Part shown: positions 1 through 13,385 of the stretch, one piece after another
Layout: each line of letters begins with the position of its first letter
Numbering within the stretch: position 1 is the stretch's first letter
DNA from: Malacoraja senta
Taxonomy: Eukaryota
Assembly: GCA_038087875.1 (NCBI GenBank)
Contig: CM075992.1
Coordinates: 10,046,001 to 10,110,000 of the forward strand
Length of the DNA stretch: 64,000 nucleotides
Direction of reading: 5' to 3'
Program-made: the position numbers and the translations under genes
Notes under the pieces: generated by a model
Databases searched by the model: none
What the model saw: the letters and a program-made list of their open reading frames with translations, nothing else
What the model was told of the DNA's origin: nothing

Positions 1-959
1 TGATGCACCTTATGTCTAAAACTGCCACATGCAATGACATTGCAGGTAGCTGATTGGAGTGGGACCCATGCATGATTCATTTGTGATGGCCATTTTAAGC
101 TACTGATTCACAGGGGCTGTTAGACGATGTCTTCAAAGTTTAGTAGTTGCATTTCATAAATGGTAGGGAGCAGAATTAGGCCATTAAGCCCTTCAAGTCT
201 ATTCAGTCATTCAATCACTGCTGATCTGTCTCTCCCCCCTAACCCCATTATCCTGCCTTCTCCCCATAACCTCTGACACCCGTACTAATCAAGAATCTAT
301 CTATCTCTGCCTTAAAAATATCCATTGACTCAGCCTTCACAGCCTTCTGTGGCAATGAATTCCACATGCATTCCTGCAGTGAGCATTCATAAGAGCCATT
401 TGTAAAACTAAACACTGCGAAAAAGAAATCTTAGACATTAATGTTGGTTTAACTTCAGGACCTCTATGCGTCTGCAAAGATCAGCATTTATTTCCCATCT
501 CTACTTGCACATGACGTTAGGATTAAGCTACCTTCTTGAGCTGCTGCAGTCCTTTTGGTGAAGGTGCTTCCACAGTGCTATTGGGAATGGAGTTCCAGGA
601 TTTAGACTCAACCATGATGAAAGACTGGTGTGCAAGGAGGAACGGCAAATGATGATTTAAACCAAAGACAGACACGAAAAGCTGGAGTAACGCAGCAGGT
701 GAGGCACCCATCTCTGGAGAAAAGGAATAGCTGCCGTTTCGGGTTGAGACCGTTATTCAGACTGAAGCCAGTGGAAAGGGAAATAGATATAGACGATAAA
801 TAGGATAAATGATTGGCAAAAAGCAACGGTAATCAAGGAAAGGTAGAGGCAACAAGAGTCCTTGTTGGATGTGGGATAGGTGATAATGAGTTATGCAAAC
901 AGATTCGACAGGGTGACAGTAAAACTAGTACAACGAATAGGGTGAGGGGGGGATGGAGA

Positions 960-1310
960 GCAGATACAAGGGTTACTCGAAGTTAGAGAAATAATAATCA
1001 TACCGCTGGGTTGTAAGCTGCCCAAGCGAAGTATGAGGTGATCTTCCTCCAATTTGTATTTGGCCTCACTCTGACTATGGAGAAGGGCCAGGACAGAAAG
1101 GTCAGTGTGGGATTGGGAAGGGGAGTTAAACTGTTTGGCAACTGGGACATCACATAGGCCTAGGCAGACTGAGTGAAAGTGTTAAGCGAAACGATCGCAT
1201 AGTCTGCACTTGGTCTCGCCAATATATAAGAATCCACACATTGAACAACGGAAACAGAAGATGACGTTACAAGGAGGAGATGCAAGTGAACTTCCGCCTC
1301 ACCTGAAAGA
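960..1310 (-). mobile_element. Penelope-like element, GIY-YIG fragment
   Basis: Minus-strand FTCIS..VIFCFRCSMCGFLYIGETKCRLCDRFA*HF remnant; pseudo-LTR sequence extends to ~655. Confidence 0.75.
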
Positions 1311-1315
1311 AACAT

Positions 1316-1945
1316 GGAAACATAGGTGCAGGAGTAGGCCATTCGGATCATTGAGCCAGCACAGCCATTCAATATAATCATGGCTGATCATCTAAAATCA
1401 GTACTGCTTTTTCCCCATATCCCTTTATTCCTTTAGCACAAAGAGCTAAATCTAACTAACTATTGGACACATCCAGTGATTGGCTCCCAATGCCTTCTGT
1501 GTTAGAGAATTCCACAGATGCACAACTCTGGGTGAAGAGGTTTTTCCTCATCTCAGTCCTAAATGGCCTTTTTCTTAAACTGATCCCTGGTTCTGGACTT
1601 CCCCCAACACCAGGTACATTTTTCCTGCATCTAGTCTGTCGAATCCTTTAGGAATTGTATGATCCCCTCTCATCCTTCTAAATTCCAGTGAATACAAGCT
1701 CAATTGACCCATTCTTTCATCATATGTCATTCCCGCCATCCCGGGAATTCAACCTACGCTGCACTCCCTCAATAGCAAGAAACCCTTCCTCAATTTAGGA
1801 GACCAAAATTGAACACAATACTCCAGGTGCGGTCTCACAAAGGCTCTGTACAACTGCTGTAGGATTTTGCTCCTAAACTTAAATCCTCTCGCAATGAAGG
1901 CTAACATGCCATTAGCTTTCTTCACTGCCTGCTGTACCTGCATGC
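1316..1945 (-). mobile_element. CR1 LINE 3' fragment
   Basis: AVKKANGMLAFIARG..LYRAFVRPHLEYCVQFWSP and the CR1 3' tail. Confidence 0.85.
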
Positions 1946-3489
1946 TTAAAGGACCTGGATGGAGTCGAGGGAGGAGATATCGGGACAGGTGTTGCATCTC
2001 CTGTGGTTGCAGGGGGAGGGAGTGACGAAAGACAGGTGCCATTACCAGCTCAGAATGTGCGGAGAATGGAGGGTACCTGCGAGTGGTAATGTTCCCATAC
2101 ACCTGTCGACATTGTTCCTGCAGGTAGTCAAGGTAATTGTTTGGGAGAGGCTAATGAAAGTTTGGTGAGTTCTTGCTGTGCACCTAGTAATCAGTACTCG
2201 ATTGTTAGCTGCAGTTTAACATTTTCTTCTATACCTGTTTTCACAGATGTAACCTTTCTGTTGCTGAGGCCACTGACTGACAGGATATTGATCCTCAGCA
2301 CTGGCTCTCTTTAGAAGGTGTGAGCCAGATTTCATTGGCAGTTTTGAACTCTCTCTACGGTGAGAATCTGGTGCTGGACAAACTCAGCAAGCCTGTGTAG
2401 GGAAAAGGACAGTCATTTTAGGCTTGGGTCCCTTGAGACTGATTGAGTACAGGGAGAAAGCTGGTTAAGAGGTGAAGAGAATGGGTCAGCAAGAATTAGC
2501 AAGTGATACGTGGAGTAAAACAAAGTGCTAGAGTAACCGACAGCATCGGAGGAGGACATGGATAGACACTTTTTCAGGTCGGGACCCGTCATCAGAATGT
2601 AGAACGGAGCCGACCCGAAATTCATCTCCCCAAGTCCCCCAGGGATGCTGCTGCCTGACCCACTAAGTTGCTCCAGCACTTTGTGTTTATTTCAAGATTC
2701 CAGCTTCTGTAGTTCATCGTGTCTCCAAGTGATAAATGTATAATAATGCGGAGGGAGTGATTGGCAGATGGGTGGAGATAGTAAGAAAGGTTAGAGGTGG
2801 AGATTGTACAATTGACGCCAGTTCTTGGCCACACGTTCCCAACTCTGCCAGCATTCTCCCCTCTACTCCCATCAGTCGGAAGCAGGTTCTTGATCCAAGC
2901 AATCTGTCTATTACACTCCATAAATGCTACTGGGCCTGCTGAGTTAATTTGACATTTTGTTTTTTGGCTCAAGGGGGAGACGGCAGGAGAATGGGGTTAG
3001 GAGGGTGAGATAAATCAGCCATGATTGAATGGCGGAGTCGATTTGATGGGGCGAATGGCCCAATTCTACTCCTATCCCTTGTGACTTAAGATGATAGCAT
3101 CCACAGTGCCTCATGTCTCCAGAATTGGGTGCTGTAATATTTGGTATCTGCAGCTCCCTGTCACTTGTCATTGATTCAACATTTTCCAAAGAAATATATT
3201 TTTAATAAAGGCATAACAAATTATTCTGGCTTTCTGGTGTCTGGCATCATGTTCTGGAGGGCAACAAGGCAATGACATTAAAAGGTCCATATACTGTAAC
3301 TCTTGTGCTGGCTTTCATTGAAAAGAACATTGCTGTGAGACGAGTGTGGTTGCTGTTATGCTGCATTGCTGGTATTTGCGAATATAAGTGGTACGAAACG
3401 AAAGGCAATGGTGTGGTGGTGATGTGGATCGAAAGGAAGTGTAATTTGGTATAGTCTTGGCGGGGGTGGGGGGAGGGTGGAGGGCAGAT

Positions 3490-4120
3490 GACATTTGTGC
3501 CTTCATAAGTGAGGGCGTAGAATAGAGAAGTTGAAATGTTATGTTTGCAACTTTATAAAATGGTGATAAGGCCATACTTGGAGCATTGTGTGCAGCTCTG
3601 GTGGCCATGCTTGCGGAAGGATACAATTGCACTGGAGAGTGTGCAGAAGACATTCTCCAGGATGTTGCCTAGATTGGGCGAATTTAGTTTTGGGACAGAT
3701 TGGTACATTGGGCTTGGTGTCCATGGAGTGAAATAGACTGAGAGCTGATAGAAGTGTGTATAATGATAGGAGGAGTGGATAGGGTAGATAGTTGGAATCT
3801 TTGTCCTATGTTGTAGTAGCAAACACAACAAAGCATAAGTTTAAGGTGAGACCAAGGAGTTTTAATGTGATTTGAGGGAACTTGTTTTTTTTACACAGTG
3901 GTTGACATCTGGAATGTGCTGCCAGAGAAAAGGTGGAATCAGATACAGTCACTATGTATAAGAGACATTTACAGTACACTAATACTTAAATAGGCAAGGT
4001 TTAGACTGACATAATTATACTGATGTAGTGCTGGAAAGTGGAATGAGTACAGATAGGTCAAAAGGTTGCATGGATTTTGTGGGTCAAAGGGCCTGTTTCT
4101 ATGTTGTGTGACTGACTCAA
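3490..4120 (+). mobile_element. CR1 LINE 3' fragment
   Basis: LYKMVIRPYLEHCVQLWWP..LESVQKTFSRMLP. Confidence 0.8.
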
Positions 4121-4231
4121 TGACTCACCACTTCAAATCTGACCGCCATTTGATAAGATCATGGCTGATCTGACAGGAACCTGAACTCGCCTGTCCCTGT
4201 ATCTTCTCCCTTGACTCTGTCCAGCGACCCA

Positions 4232-4900
4232 GACAGTCCTCTCAGGTTAGGCAGAGGTTCACTTGCACCTCCTCCAACCTCATCTACTGTATCCATTGTT
4301 AAAGGGGTAGACTATTATGCATCGGTGAGACCAATGGGAGCCCGGGCGATTGTTTCGCTGAACTTCGCTCAGTCTGCCTGGGTCTACCTGATCTCCCGGT
4401 TGCCAAACACTTTAATTCCTCTTCCCATTCCCACTGACCTTTCTGTCCTGAGCCTCCTCCATTGTCAGAGTGAGGCCGAATGCAAATTGTTGGAACAGCA
4501 CCTCATATTTTGCTTGGACAGCTTACAACCCCAGTGGTATGAATATTGATTTCTCGAACTTCAAGTAACCCTTGCTCTCCGTCCCTCCCCCACCCAAGTT
4601 GTTGTATTGGCGTCAACGCCATCTTGCTGAGTCTCAGGTGGCTCTGAGGTGGCTCATTGTCTGTAACTCATTTTCACCTAGGCAACAGGAAACAATGGAT
4701 TGCTTCCTTTATATTGTTACTTTTCTGCATATCTTTCATTAATTTGTTCTATATCTCTCTATAGCGCAATCTATATCTCTTGTTTCCCTTTCCCCTGACA
4801 TTCAGTCTGAAGAAGGGTCTCGATCCGACACGTCACCTATTCCTTTTCTCCAGAGATGGTGCCTGTCCTGCTGAGTTTCTCCAGCTTTTTGTGTCCACAT
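4232..4900 (+). mobile_element. Penelope-like element 3' part (GIY-YIG + pseudo-LTR with hammerhead-like motif)
   Basis: QVRQRFTCTSSNLIYCI..CIGET..; KLLEQHLIFCLDSLQP; CTGAAGAAGGG motif at ~4807. Confidence 0.75.
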
Positions 4901-4936
4901 CCTCACACTCTGAGATTGTGACCTTTGGACACTTAT

Positions 4937-7900
4937 AATAGTAAGATTAAACGAGAACTTACCTAAGTTTGAAGTTTGATCTTTATTTTATGAGGAGTCA
5001 CGTGAGTGACTACGTGAAGATTTTAAAGCTTTGTGATTTCATGCCGCAGACAAATCCCGGCTTCTCACTGCATTGATTGACTCGGAACGAGAATATTCAA
5101 TAATGCATTAATAATAACATTTGTACCACAAATGCAGTAATTCATTTATTTGAATAAAATAATTAATAGTATCCCCTTTAACCCAGGGAAAATTAAGCAG
5201 AACTTAATATAGTATCTGCAAACAGTCCCGTATTGGCAATAGCCCGATGGTAAAAGTGTTGAAACACCAACTTATTAGATCACCCGGCAGCTGTGAGAAT
5301 ATGATCGACGGGACTTCCTTCGCCCTGGTCGTCAATGTTGCTGCTAAACTGAATGGAATGTAAAACCATCAATGTTCACACGTGCAGCAACTAAAACTTG
5401 TTTTTAACCATCTTAAAATAGTCTAAACTGACACTATCTTGTATGGTTTTTCGTGAATGATAAACAACCTTGTTTTCATATTTCATAAGATCTTTGTAGC
5501 CTCAATTTTTTGCAATAAATATGTCTTAACATATAGACATGGATCCATAGAATATGTTAATAAAATAATCTTGAATCCTGTCACACCTGATCCTACTTCA
5601 TTTGAGTAGTTCATAAAATGTAAAACATAACATAATCCTGAGGTACTTCTGTGTATCTGTAACTTTGTAATGTTACAAGTGCCATAAACATGACTACCTT
5701 CATGCTGAACTTGGCCAAATCAGAATCGTACCAAGACTCATTTGATGAAGTAGCTTAAAACAATTCTACATTCCAGATTCCCTCCTCGGTTTAGAAGGTC
5801 TGGAATTAAAATTCCTTTCATTAATCTGGAAATAAAAGAACGAGACTCAACAGGATGTCTTTCCAACCTCATCAAATAAAAACGAGGAATAATATACTTC
5901 TGTGTGAATAAATCGCACTATACCTCAACCCATTAAATAGAGGTCAATCCAAGATATTTGAGACGTGCCGTACAACATTCCATATTCTTTTATACACAGA
6001 ATTTTTTTCCCCTCATTCTATACATAATGGGAAAGCAGTATTTACAGAGTCACAACTCAGATTCACAAATGTACTGCTTTTGAGTACTCTTCCGCCAGAC
6101 TGCTGTAAGCATGTCCCCAGCATGCCCAGACAATCCTCTTTTTTAAAACCTGCATCCATACAGGCATATGACGGATGTTACTCTCCAATTATCGAATACA
6201 CCAGTAACTTCCTTCTTTTGGGAACATTTATCAGAAACTGTCATAAATTCCAATTCCCATCTGGTACCACGAATACCCCAGAGGCAGCATACTGCTTCCT
6301 TTTAAGCAGACACCGATTTATGAGACAGGATGAAGTAAAATGCATATAACAACATACCATCCTAATATAGCGAGAAACATCCATCGCTACTGTCTCCCGA
6401 TGTAGTCCCATAACACATATCTCTGTAACTGGTGATTGAGTCTGGATGGAAACAAGTCATATCTGGCTTCCCAAATCTGACTATTATATCATTAAAAAAT
6501 CTTAAGGTTAAACATCCATTCTTTGTTATCATGGAAATTCCACCTATACAATTAATACATGCCATTGCTGTAGTGTTGTTAATTTGAAACTGAACATGCA
6601 GATTAGTTGTATTTAACAACAAGCTTGTAGCTCATAAGCCTTCCAATAGACTTTAAAACGTCGATTCTCCATGTCTGTAAAATAATACTTCTTCCATATT
6701 CCATCTGTCCACAGATGGATACCTTTTTGAGTGGCACCAATCCTAGTACACTGATATCAGTCTGTTAAGACCATGGAAGGTTGTTCAATCCGTATCTTGC
6801 TTGAACTACTGAAGACATGTTAAATCCACTACTGCAATCAGAAGCAGCATTTGTTGTTTAATTGCATGGCCTGTCAAAAAATGGCCATCATGCATCTCAG
6901 TGTTTTTTCTTTTTGCAGTCTGCAGCTGCTGGCAGTCCAATGGCCCATATTGTATTGCTGGAAATAACACTAATTCTCCTAACAAGCTGGCCACCTGTCT
7001 TAATTGAAGATTGTTGCTTTTCCAACTGCTTAATACAACCATCAATTAGCTTTACCCTTTACCCTGGGTAAATTACTACCTTTTCAATTGAATCAAATAA
7101 TCAATTGTTGTAAGTATCGTTAACTTAATTTCTCTCTGGATGAATTAAACCCAACTTTCAAAAGTGGTTTGAATAATTTGAGAGAGATACCTCACGAATT
7201 CTCTTGTTCGTCCTAATTAGGACATCATCCAGTCAAGCCATCCACATCTGTCCTTGGACTCTAACTAGCCGCAAAATTGGTTTTACCAATTTAGTGAATT
7301 TCTAGGGACTGAAGTTAACCCGTTAGACAGAACTTTGAATTGCCATAATTGTTCCTTTAGATAATTTTATCTTATAAATGAACAAATACTAAGTAATATA
7401 CATCTTTCAGATCTATAAGTGCCATAAAACATATTTTTTGAAATAAATTGTTTGGCAGTCTCAGTCCCTATTTTGAAGTGTCTATACTTCACAAAATGTT
7501 AAAGACTTGTCAGATCTAAAATACTCCTCACCTTTTTAGGTTGAGAAATTTTAAACACAATTTGGTGGTTTTGATAAACCGACCTTTCAATTACTTGTTT
7601 ATAAACAAGTTTTCAATTCAGCTTGAACCTCCATCAATTATTTTTGTGAAATTGGAGTGTTCTGCTTGGAACATGCTGGATGGCAAATCAGTATTTGAAT
7701 CGAATCAATTAGAAACCTTTCTATAATACTCAGAATAATAACTGAAGTAATTTGCTTCCAATATTTGGCTGTTTTTGCCTTAATATGTTCCCATAAGAAC
7801 CAGGTCCACCTACCTCCTTTGTCATCTGAGTGACCTGTGGTCCCTGGCTCCTGGCAGGCAAAACCCACGCTTTTTCGTTTTCCTGCTGCAGGACATCAAC

Positions 7901-9396
7901 TGCGTACCTGCTTCAATGGTCGATTTGATCCTGATGTCGGTCCAGGATTTTGTATGATGTCTGAAAGGATATGTCATCTTTGCAGACTTGACGACCATTG
8001 ATGTTGTGATCAACTTTGCTGTTTTTGCCTCATTATCCAACTCTTTCCCACGATTCATGAGGTTTTTTCTCTGAAGAATAAGTTGAATGACTGCACATTG
8101 CTGAGCTTTACAGAGTTGCTGCAACTTTGGGTTGATGGTGGACCGAATGGCATACTTCCTGAAACAATTCATCTTGAAGTGGGCGCTACATAGCAACCTT
8201 AGTGCCACTTGATGCATCTCCATCCATGGCCTCCATCCATCGTTTTGCAAATTGCAGTTGTTCATCAACCCAGCAGCTTTAATAGTCTCTGCAGTTTACT
8301 TTCCTTAGGCTTACATGCCTTCGCCCATCTGACCCCTTATCTTGGTTCACTGCTAGTACTTTCAGCAATACGCAGTTCCTTGGGATCTCGTACTTTTTTG
8401 GCATTTTCATCCATCGTAAGCTACTAGAGCTGATGGCAGACACAATAGTCGATCACAGAGACCACGTCCTTTCCAGTGGCTCTCCTGACTCTGACGGGGC
8501 AGCGAATCGTACTACCAGGAGTAAAACATCTGGCAGCTGCCATCTTTGCTTGTATCGGCCTCACTGTCAGACTCAGGGTCAGAACTCTCACAGAGCAGCA
8601 AATCATACTGCCAGGTATAGCCCATCTGGCAGCTGCCGTCTTCGCTTGTTTTGGAAACTCTGCTGACCCTGTGCACGCGCCTCATTAATGAGGGTGCTAT
8701 CAAGCAGCCCTTTATTAGGTGCTGCTGACCTGGCTTCTGGAGCCTGGTTCTGACATCACTCCTCCTGGAGTATGTTTTGTTGGAGCAACCTGTGTACAGG
8801 TTATCCATTTGGAATATCCACTCAGAAAGTGGTATCCTGCCTTGGAGGTGAATCCCAAACTGACTCTTGCTCCATGGCCCTGACTTGTATGTTGCCTAGC
8901 ACCCAACTGACGCTGGCTCCGTTCTTTTCTTTAAAGCACACGTCCACAGTTCGCCCCGCTCCCAGCCGGCGACTGTTGTAGGGTATGAGGCAGTCCTTTA
9001 CCGACCGACCGACCAGCTTTTTATCGGCTTTGCTGACTAAATTCACTTCAGCCCCAATATCCCCAGTCGCTATGCTGTCTGCTGGCGACTGTACCGTGGT
9101 CAGAGGCGGCTGGTCGCCGACCGCAATCTCGCGCCATTCTACCGGCTGAGTCGCTCGCCTCCTCCCCTTGCCCGTTTTTTCCATGGCGCCTGTGGAAAAA
9201 ATCCCCACAGACCCACAGCAAACGGACACGGAAATACTTCCAAAAAAGTTTATACTTACCTTGTAGTTTAAAAACTACAATTCCACTAGAGGAGCTCTGC
9301 TCCTCGCGTCCATTTGCGCCAATGCGTCTGACGTAATGACGCGCAGGCGCACTGGCGGGGTTCTTCACGTAGTCACTCACGTGACTCCGAAGTAAA
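4937..9396 (-). mobile_element. DIRS-type (tyrosine-recombinase) retrotransposon, degenerate
   Basis: 27-bp exact inverted repeat GGAGTCACGTGAGTGACTACGTGAAGA at 4994-5020 and 9362-9388. Minus-strand remnants: gag-like ORF1 (~7800-9200), RT (ILDLT..; ..LDDVLI at ~7000-7560), RNaseH-like (~6600-6780), YR C-terminus (LFIIHEKPYK..FTFHS..EVPVDHILTAAG*S..FQHFYH at ~5220-5470). Many stops and frameshifts. Confidence 0.88.
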
Positions 9397-9567
9397 TTCA
9401 TTGTTTACACTGCTATGCCAGAGGTGTGGAGAGACCTGATAGAAGTATATAAAATGATGTGAGGTATAGATAGGTTAGACTGATTTTCCCTGGGCTGCTG
9501 CTGCAGTACCATGAGTGATGGGTGCAAATGTGACTGGCATTTAATAGGCTTTTTAATAGCAACATGG

Positions 9568-9568
<1 letters not shown>

Positions 9569-9622
<54 letters not shown>
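9569..9622. repeat. (TAA)n microsatellite, probably a retroposon tail
   Basis: About 17 TAA units followed by TTTATT. Confidence 0.9.
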
Positions 9623-9624
<2 letters not shown>

Positions 9625-9899
9625 CTTTATTAATCCCCTTTTCAGGGGAAATTCAGATGTCCTTGCAGCACACTAATAAAAATACAACATAACATTAAAG
9701 AAGAATTTTAACATTAAAACATAAAAACATCCCCCCACAATGGTTCCCACTGTAGGGGAAGGCACAAAGTATTTGCAGAAAATGCTGGGATATGAATCAT
9801 ATCCGGGCAGAGCAGATTAATTTAACTCGGCATTATGTTCAGCATGGGCATTGTGGGTTGAGGTGCATATATTTGTATCGTTCTATGTTTTATACTATA

Positions 9900-10440
9900 A
9901 TGCATGATAAAAAAATTGAGTTAGCTCAGTTAAAAATTGTCAGGTACAATATTGTGGGCTTCACAGAGTCGTAGCTGAAAAAGAATTGGAGCTGGTAGCT
10001 GATCATCCAAGGGTGCACATCCTATTAAAAAGATAGATAGGTGGGCAAAGGGGGTGGGGTGGCTCTGTTGGAAAGGAGTGAAATCTAATCCTTAGCAAGA
10101 AACGACATAGAATCAGATGCAGAATCCTTGTGGGTAGAGTTAAGGAAGTGCAAGGGTAAAAAGACCTTGAGGGGAGTTATATACAGGCCTCTGATTTGTT
10201 CGGATGTAGTGTAGAAACTTCACCAGGAGATGGAAAAGGCATGTAAGAAAGGCAATGTTACAGTGGTCATGGGGGCTTTCAGTGTGCAGGTAGTCTTGGA
10301 AAATCAGGTTGGTACTGGATCCCAAGATAATTAATTTGTAGAAAGCCCATGAGAATGCTTCTTAGAACAGCTCACGGCTGAGCCCACTAACGAATCAGAT
10401 TTGATTAGGGAACATAAGGTGAAGGAACCCCTTGGAGAAG
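9900..10440 (+). mobile_element. CR1 LINE ORF2 endonuclease fragment
   Basis: IVGFTES.L, GKGGGVALL, ESLWVELR, GVIYRP, VVMGAF remnants. Confidence 0.7.
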
Positions 10441-11166
10441 TTGTGTTGTAGTGAAATGCACCAATCTGTATAGTAAATTTCAGGTCACAGGCTTCCCATC
10501 CGAAACGCAAGCCTCCACTACCAACATCTGACTGCTTCCACCAAACAGTCATATCCATTTGACTCTTTTGCCCTGAATCCCATTTGTTCTAACCTTGAGG
10601 AGCATTTCTATCAAGTGCGACCTTGTGGAAAGCCTTGCTAAATGTAAACCTTGCTGATGTTGGGTCTTCACCTGAAATATCAAATATCCCTCTGCCTCCA
10701 CAGAGGCCGCCACTGAATGTTTCTAGACGTTTGCATTTTACTCCAGATTCTAGCAACTGCTATGTCTTGTGTCCACCATCAAACATGGTCATTATGATCA
10801 ATTGCGAACCTAACACGCCCAGGGGTTACAGAGTGGGCAGTTTTCTGCAGAGGTGTTGCCTCTTACACTGGTATAAAAGGTCAGTGAGATCACTGGAGAT
10901 GGATGAATATATCGAATGATATTGTCCTGCATTGCCACAAATGAAACTTGGTGAGCAGGTAATGGGCAGGTCACTGAAAGAAATGACCAGTGGTCAGTGA
11001 AGTGCCTAAATCAATGACAATATCTAGTGTCAATCATATTCCTGCACAAGGAACAACAGTCTATGTCATTGCAGTCACAATTAAGACCAACTAGACAGTG
11101 ACATTAACAGTGCCACAGCTAGTAGAGCAAAAAGTTAGCTAGTTTGATCCTGACCCAGGGTGATGT

Positions 11167-11475
11167 TTAGTTTTAGTTTAGAGATACAGCGCGGAAACAG
11201 GCTCTTCGGCCTACTGACTCCACGCCGACCAGTGATCCCCGCACATTAACACTATCCCACACACACTAGGGACAATTTACACTTATGCCAAGCCAATTAA
11301 CCTATAAACCTGTACGTCTTTGGCGTGTTGGAGCAAATCGAAGATTTCGGAGAAAACCCATGCCGGTCACAGGGAGAAAGTACAAACTCCATACAGACAG
11401 CACCCGCAGTCAGGATCGAACCCGGGTTTCTGGTGCTGTGAGGCAGTAGCTCTCCCACTGCGCCACCGTGCAGCA
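11167..11475 (-). mobile_element. tRNA-derived SINE inserted into an opposite-strand copy of the same family (11106-11166, 11476-11714)
   Basis: Pol III A box (GGTGGCGCAGTGG) and B box (GGTTCGATCC) on the minus strand; (CTAAA)n tail; GATGT on both flanks. Confidence 0.8.
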
Positions 11476-11719
11476 GATGTCTCTGTGGTGTTTGCCTGTT
11501 CTTGTTACCACGTGGGTATCCTCCAGGTGCTCTGATTTTCTCCCACATCCCGAAGACATGCCGGCCTGTAAGTTAATTGGCCTCTGGTAAATTGTCCCTA
11601 ATGTATAAGGAATGGGTGAGAAAGTGGGATGACATAGAACTATTGCAAAAGGATGATCGATGGCCAGTGCGGACTCAGTTACCTGAAGGGCCTGTTTCCA
11701 CACTGTATCTCTAAGCATC

Positions 11720-12900
11720 CTTCCTATAATCAAAAGTAATCAAAACGGAACACAGTTCTCCAAGTTTTGTCTCACCAACGTCCTGTACAACTGTAAAATA
11801 CCATCCTAACTTCTATACTCAATACTACAAGTGATAATTGCCAATGTACCATGAAGCTTGACCAACGTATCTACCTTTGACATCACTTTCATTGCATTGT
11901 GTACCTGTACTTCTAGATTTATCTGCTCTACAATGCTCCCCAGGGCTCTTCCATTCACTCTGAATGTCCTGTCCTGGTTTGACTTCACAAAATGCAACAC
12001 CTCGCACTTATCTGCATTAAACTCCATTAGCCATTCCTCAGCCCACTTGCCCAGCTGATCAAGAGCCAGCTGTATTTTTTCATAACCAACTTTATTATCG
12101 ATGATACCACCCACTTTAGTGACATATATGTAATCTTACTAAGCATATTCTCATCCAAAACATTGATCAAAACTACAAATAGCAATGAGCCAAGCACCAA
12201 TCCCCGAGGCATACCACTAGTCACAGGCCTGCAGACTGAAATACACCCTTCCACCATCACCTTCTGCTTCCTTTCACAAAGCTAATTCTGTATCCAGTTT
12301 TCTATGTCCCCCTTGATCCCATGCAATCTAACCTTCCAGGGCAGCCTTACATGCAGAATCCTACCAAAGGCCTTGCTGAAATCCTTATAGACATTGCCAA
12401 TGGCCTTGCCCTCGTCAACCTTCAAAAAACGAATTTAAATTTGTAGAACACAATCTCCCACGTACAAAACCATGTTGACTATCCCTAATCAGTCCCTGTC
12501 TAACTGCATAAGATGTGTAAGAAAGAACTGCTGATGCTGGTTTAAATCGAAGATAGACATAAATGCTGGAGTAACTCAGTGGGACAGGCAGCATCTCTGG
12601 ATCTTAGTCTGAAGAAGGGTCCCAACCCAAAACGTCGCCCATTTCTTCTCTCCAGAGATGCTGTGTGTCCCTCTGAGTTACTCCAGCATTTTGTGTCTAC
12701 CTGTCTAACTGCATGTACTGTATATCTTATCCCTCGGAATACTCTTCAGTAAGTTGCCTTCTACAGATGTTAGGCTCACTGGTTAATGGTTCCCAGGCTT
12801 TTCCTTGCAGCCCTCATTCAATAGATGTGCAACATTAGCCACCCTCCAGTTTTCCGGCATATCTAACAATGAATCATATATCTCATCAGGGCCCCCATTA
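11720..12900 (-). mobile_element. CR1 LINE RT fragment
   Basis: VTSGMPRGLVLGSLLF..IN; LDQLGKWAEEWLMEFNADKCEVLHF. Confidence 0.85.
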
Positions 12901-13144
12901 GGTTCCGATGATTTTTTTTTCTCATCTTATACTTTCTCTCATCTTAAACATGTCCTCTGGTTCATGATTCCTCTGCATAAAAGACTGTGCATTCACCCTT
13001 TCAATTCCCTTGGTGACCTTATAAACCTTTATATCCTCACCTGTCAGCCTCCCATATACAGTATATAGCTGTAGGAAGAGATTGGTGGCCTAGGATTTTA
13101 TTCCTGGGAACACGTCATAAGGAGAATTGATAGGGTGCACATCA

Positions 13145-13385
13145 GTAAGAGATAGATAGATGGAGAGAGAGAGACGATGTGAGACATGGATGTGTGTGAG
13201 TGAAAGAGAGAGAAATGGAGTGTGCCTGAGAGAGAGATTGGGAGTGACAGTGCGGGAGACATGGTGTGTTCGTGAGGGAAGGAGAAAGATATGGGGTGGA
13301 GAGAGTTACAGAGAGAGTTATGGAGTGTCAGTGACAGAGAGTGAAATGGAGTGTGTCAGTGTGAGGGAAGGATGAAGTGTGTTAG
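13145..13385. repeat. GA/GT-rich low-complexity tract
   Basis: Degenerate GAGA/GTGT repeats; ATGGAGTGT recurs. Confidence 0.7.

Noticed and set aside
2247..2358. Possible plus-strand exon (tttcacag ... gtgaga)
   Set aside because: Stops in all three frames and no partner exons.
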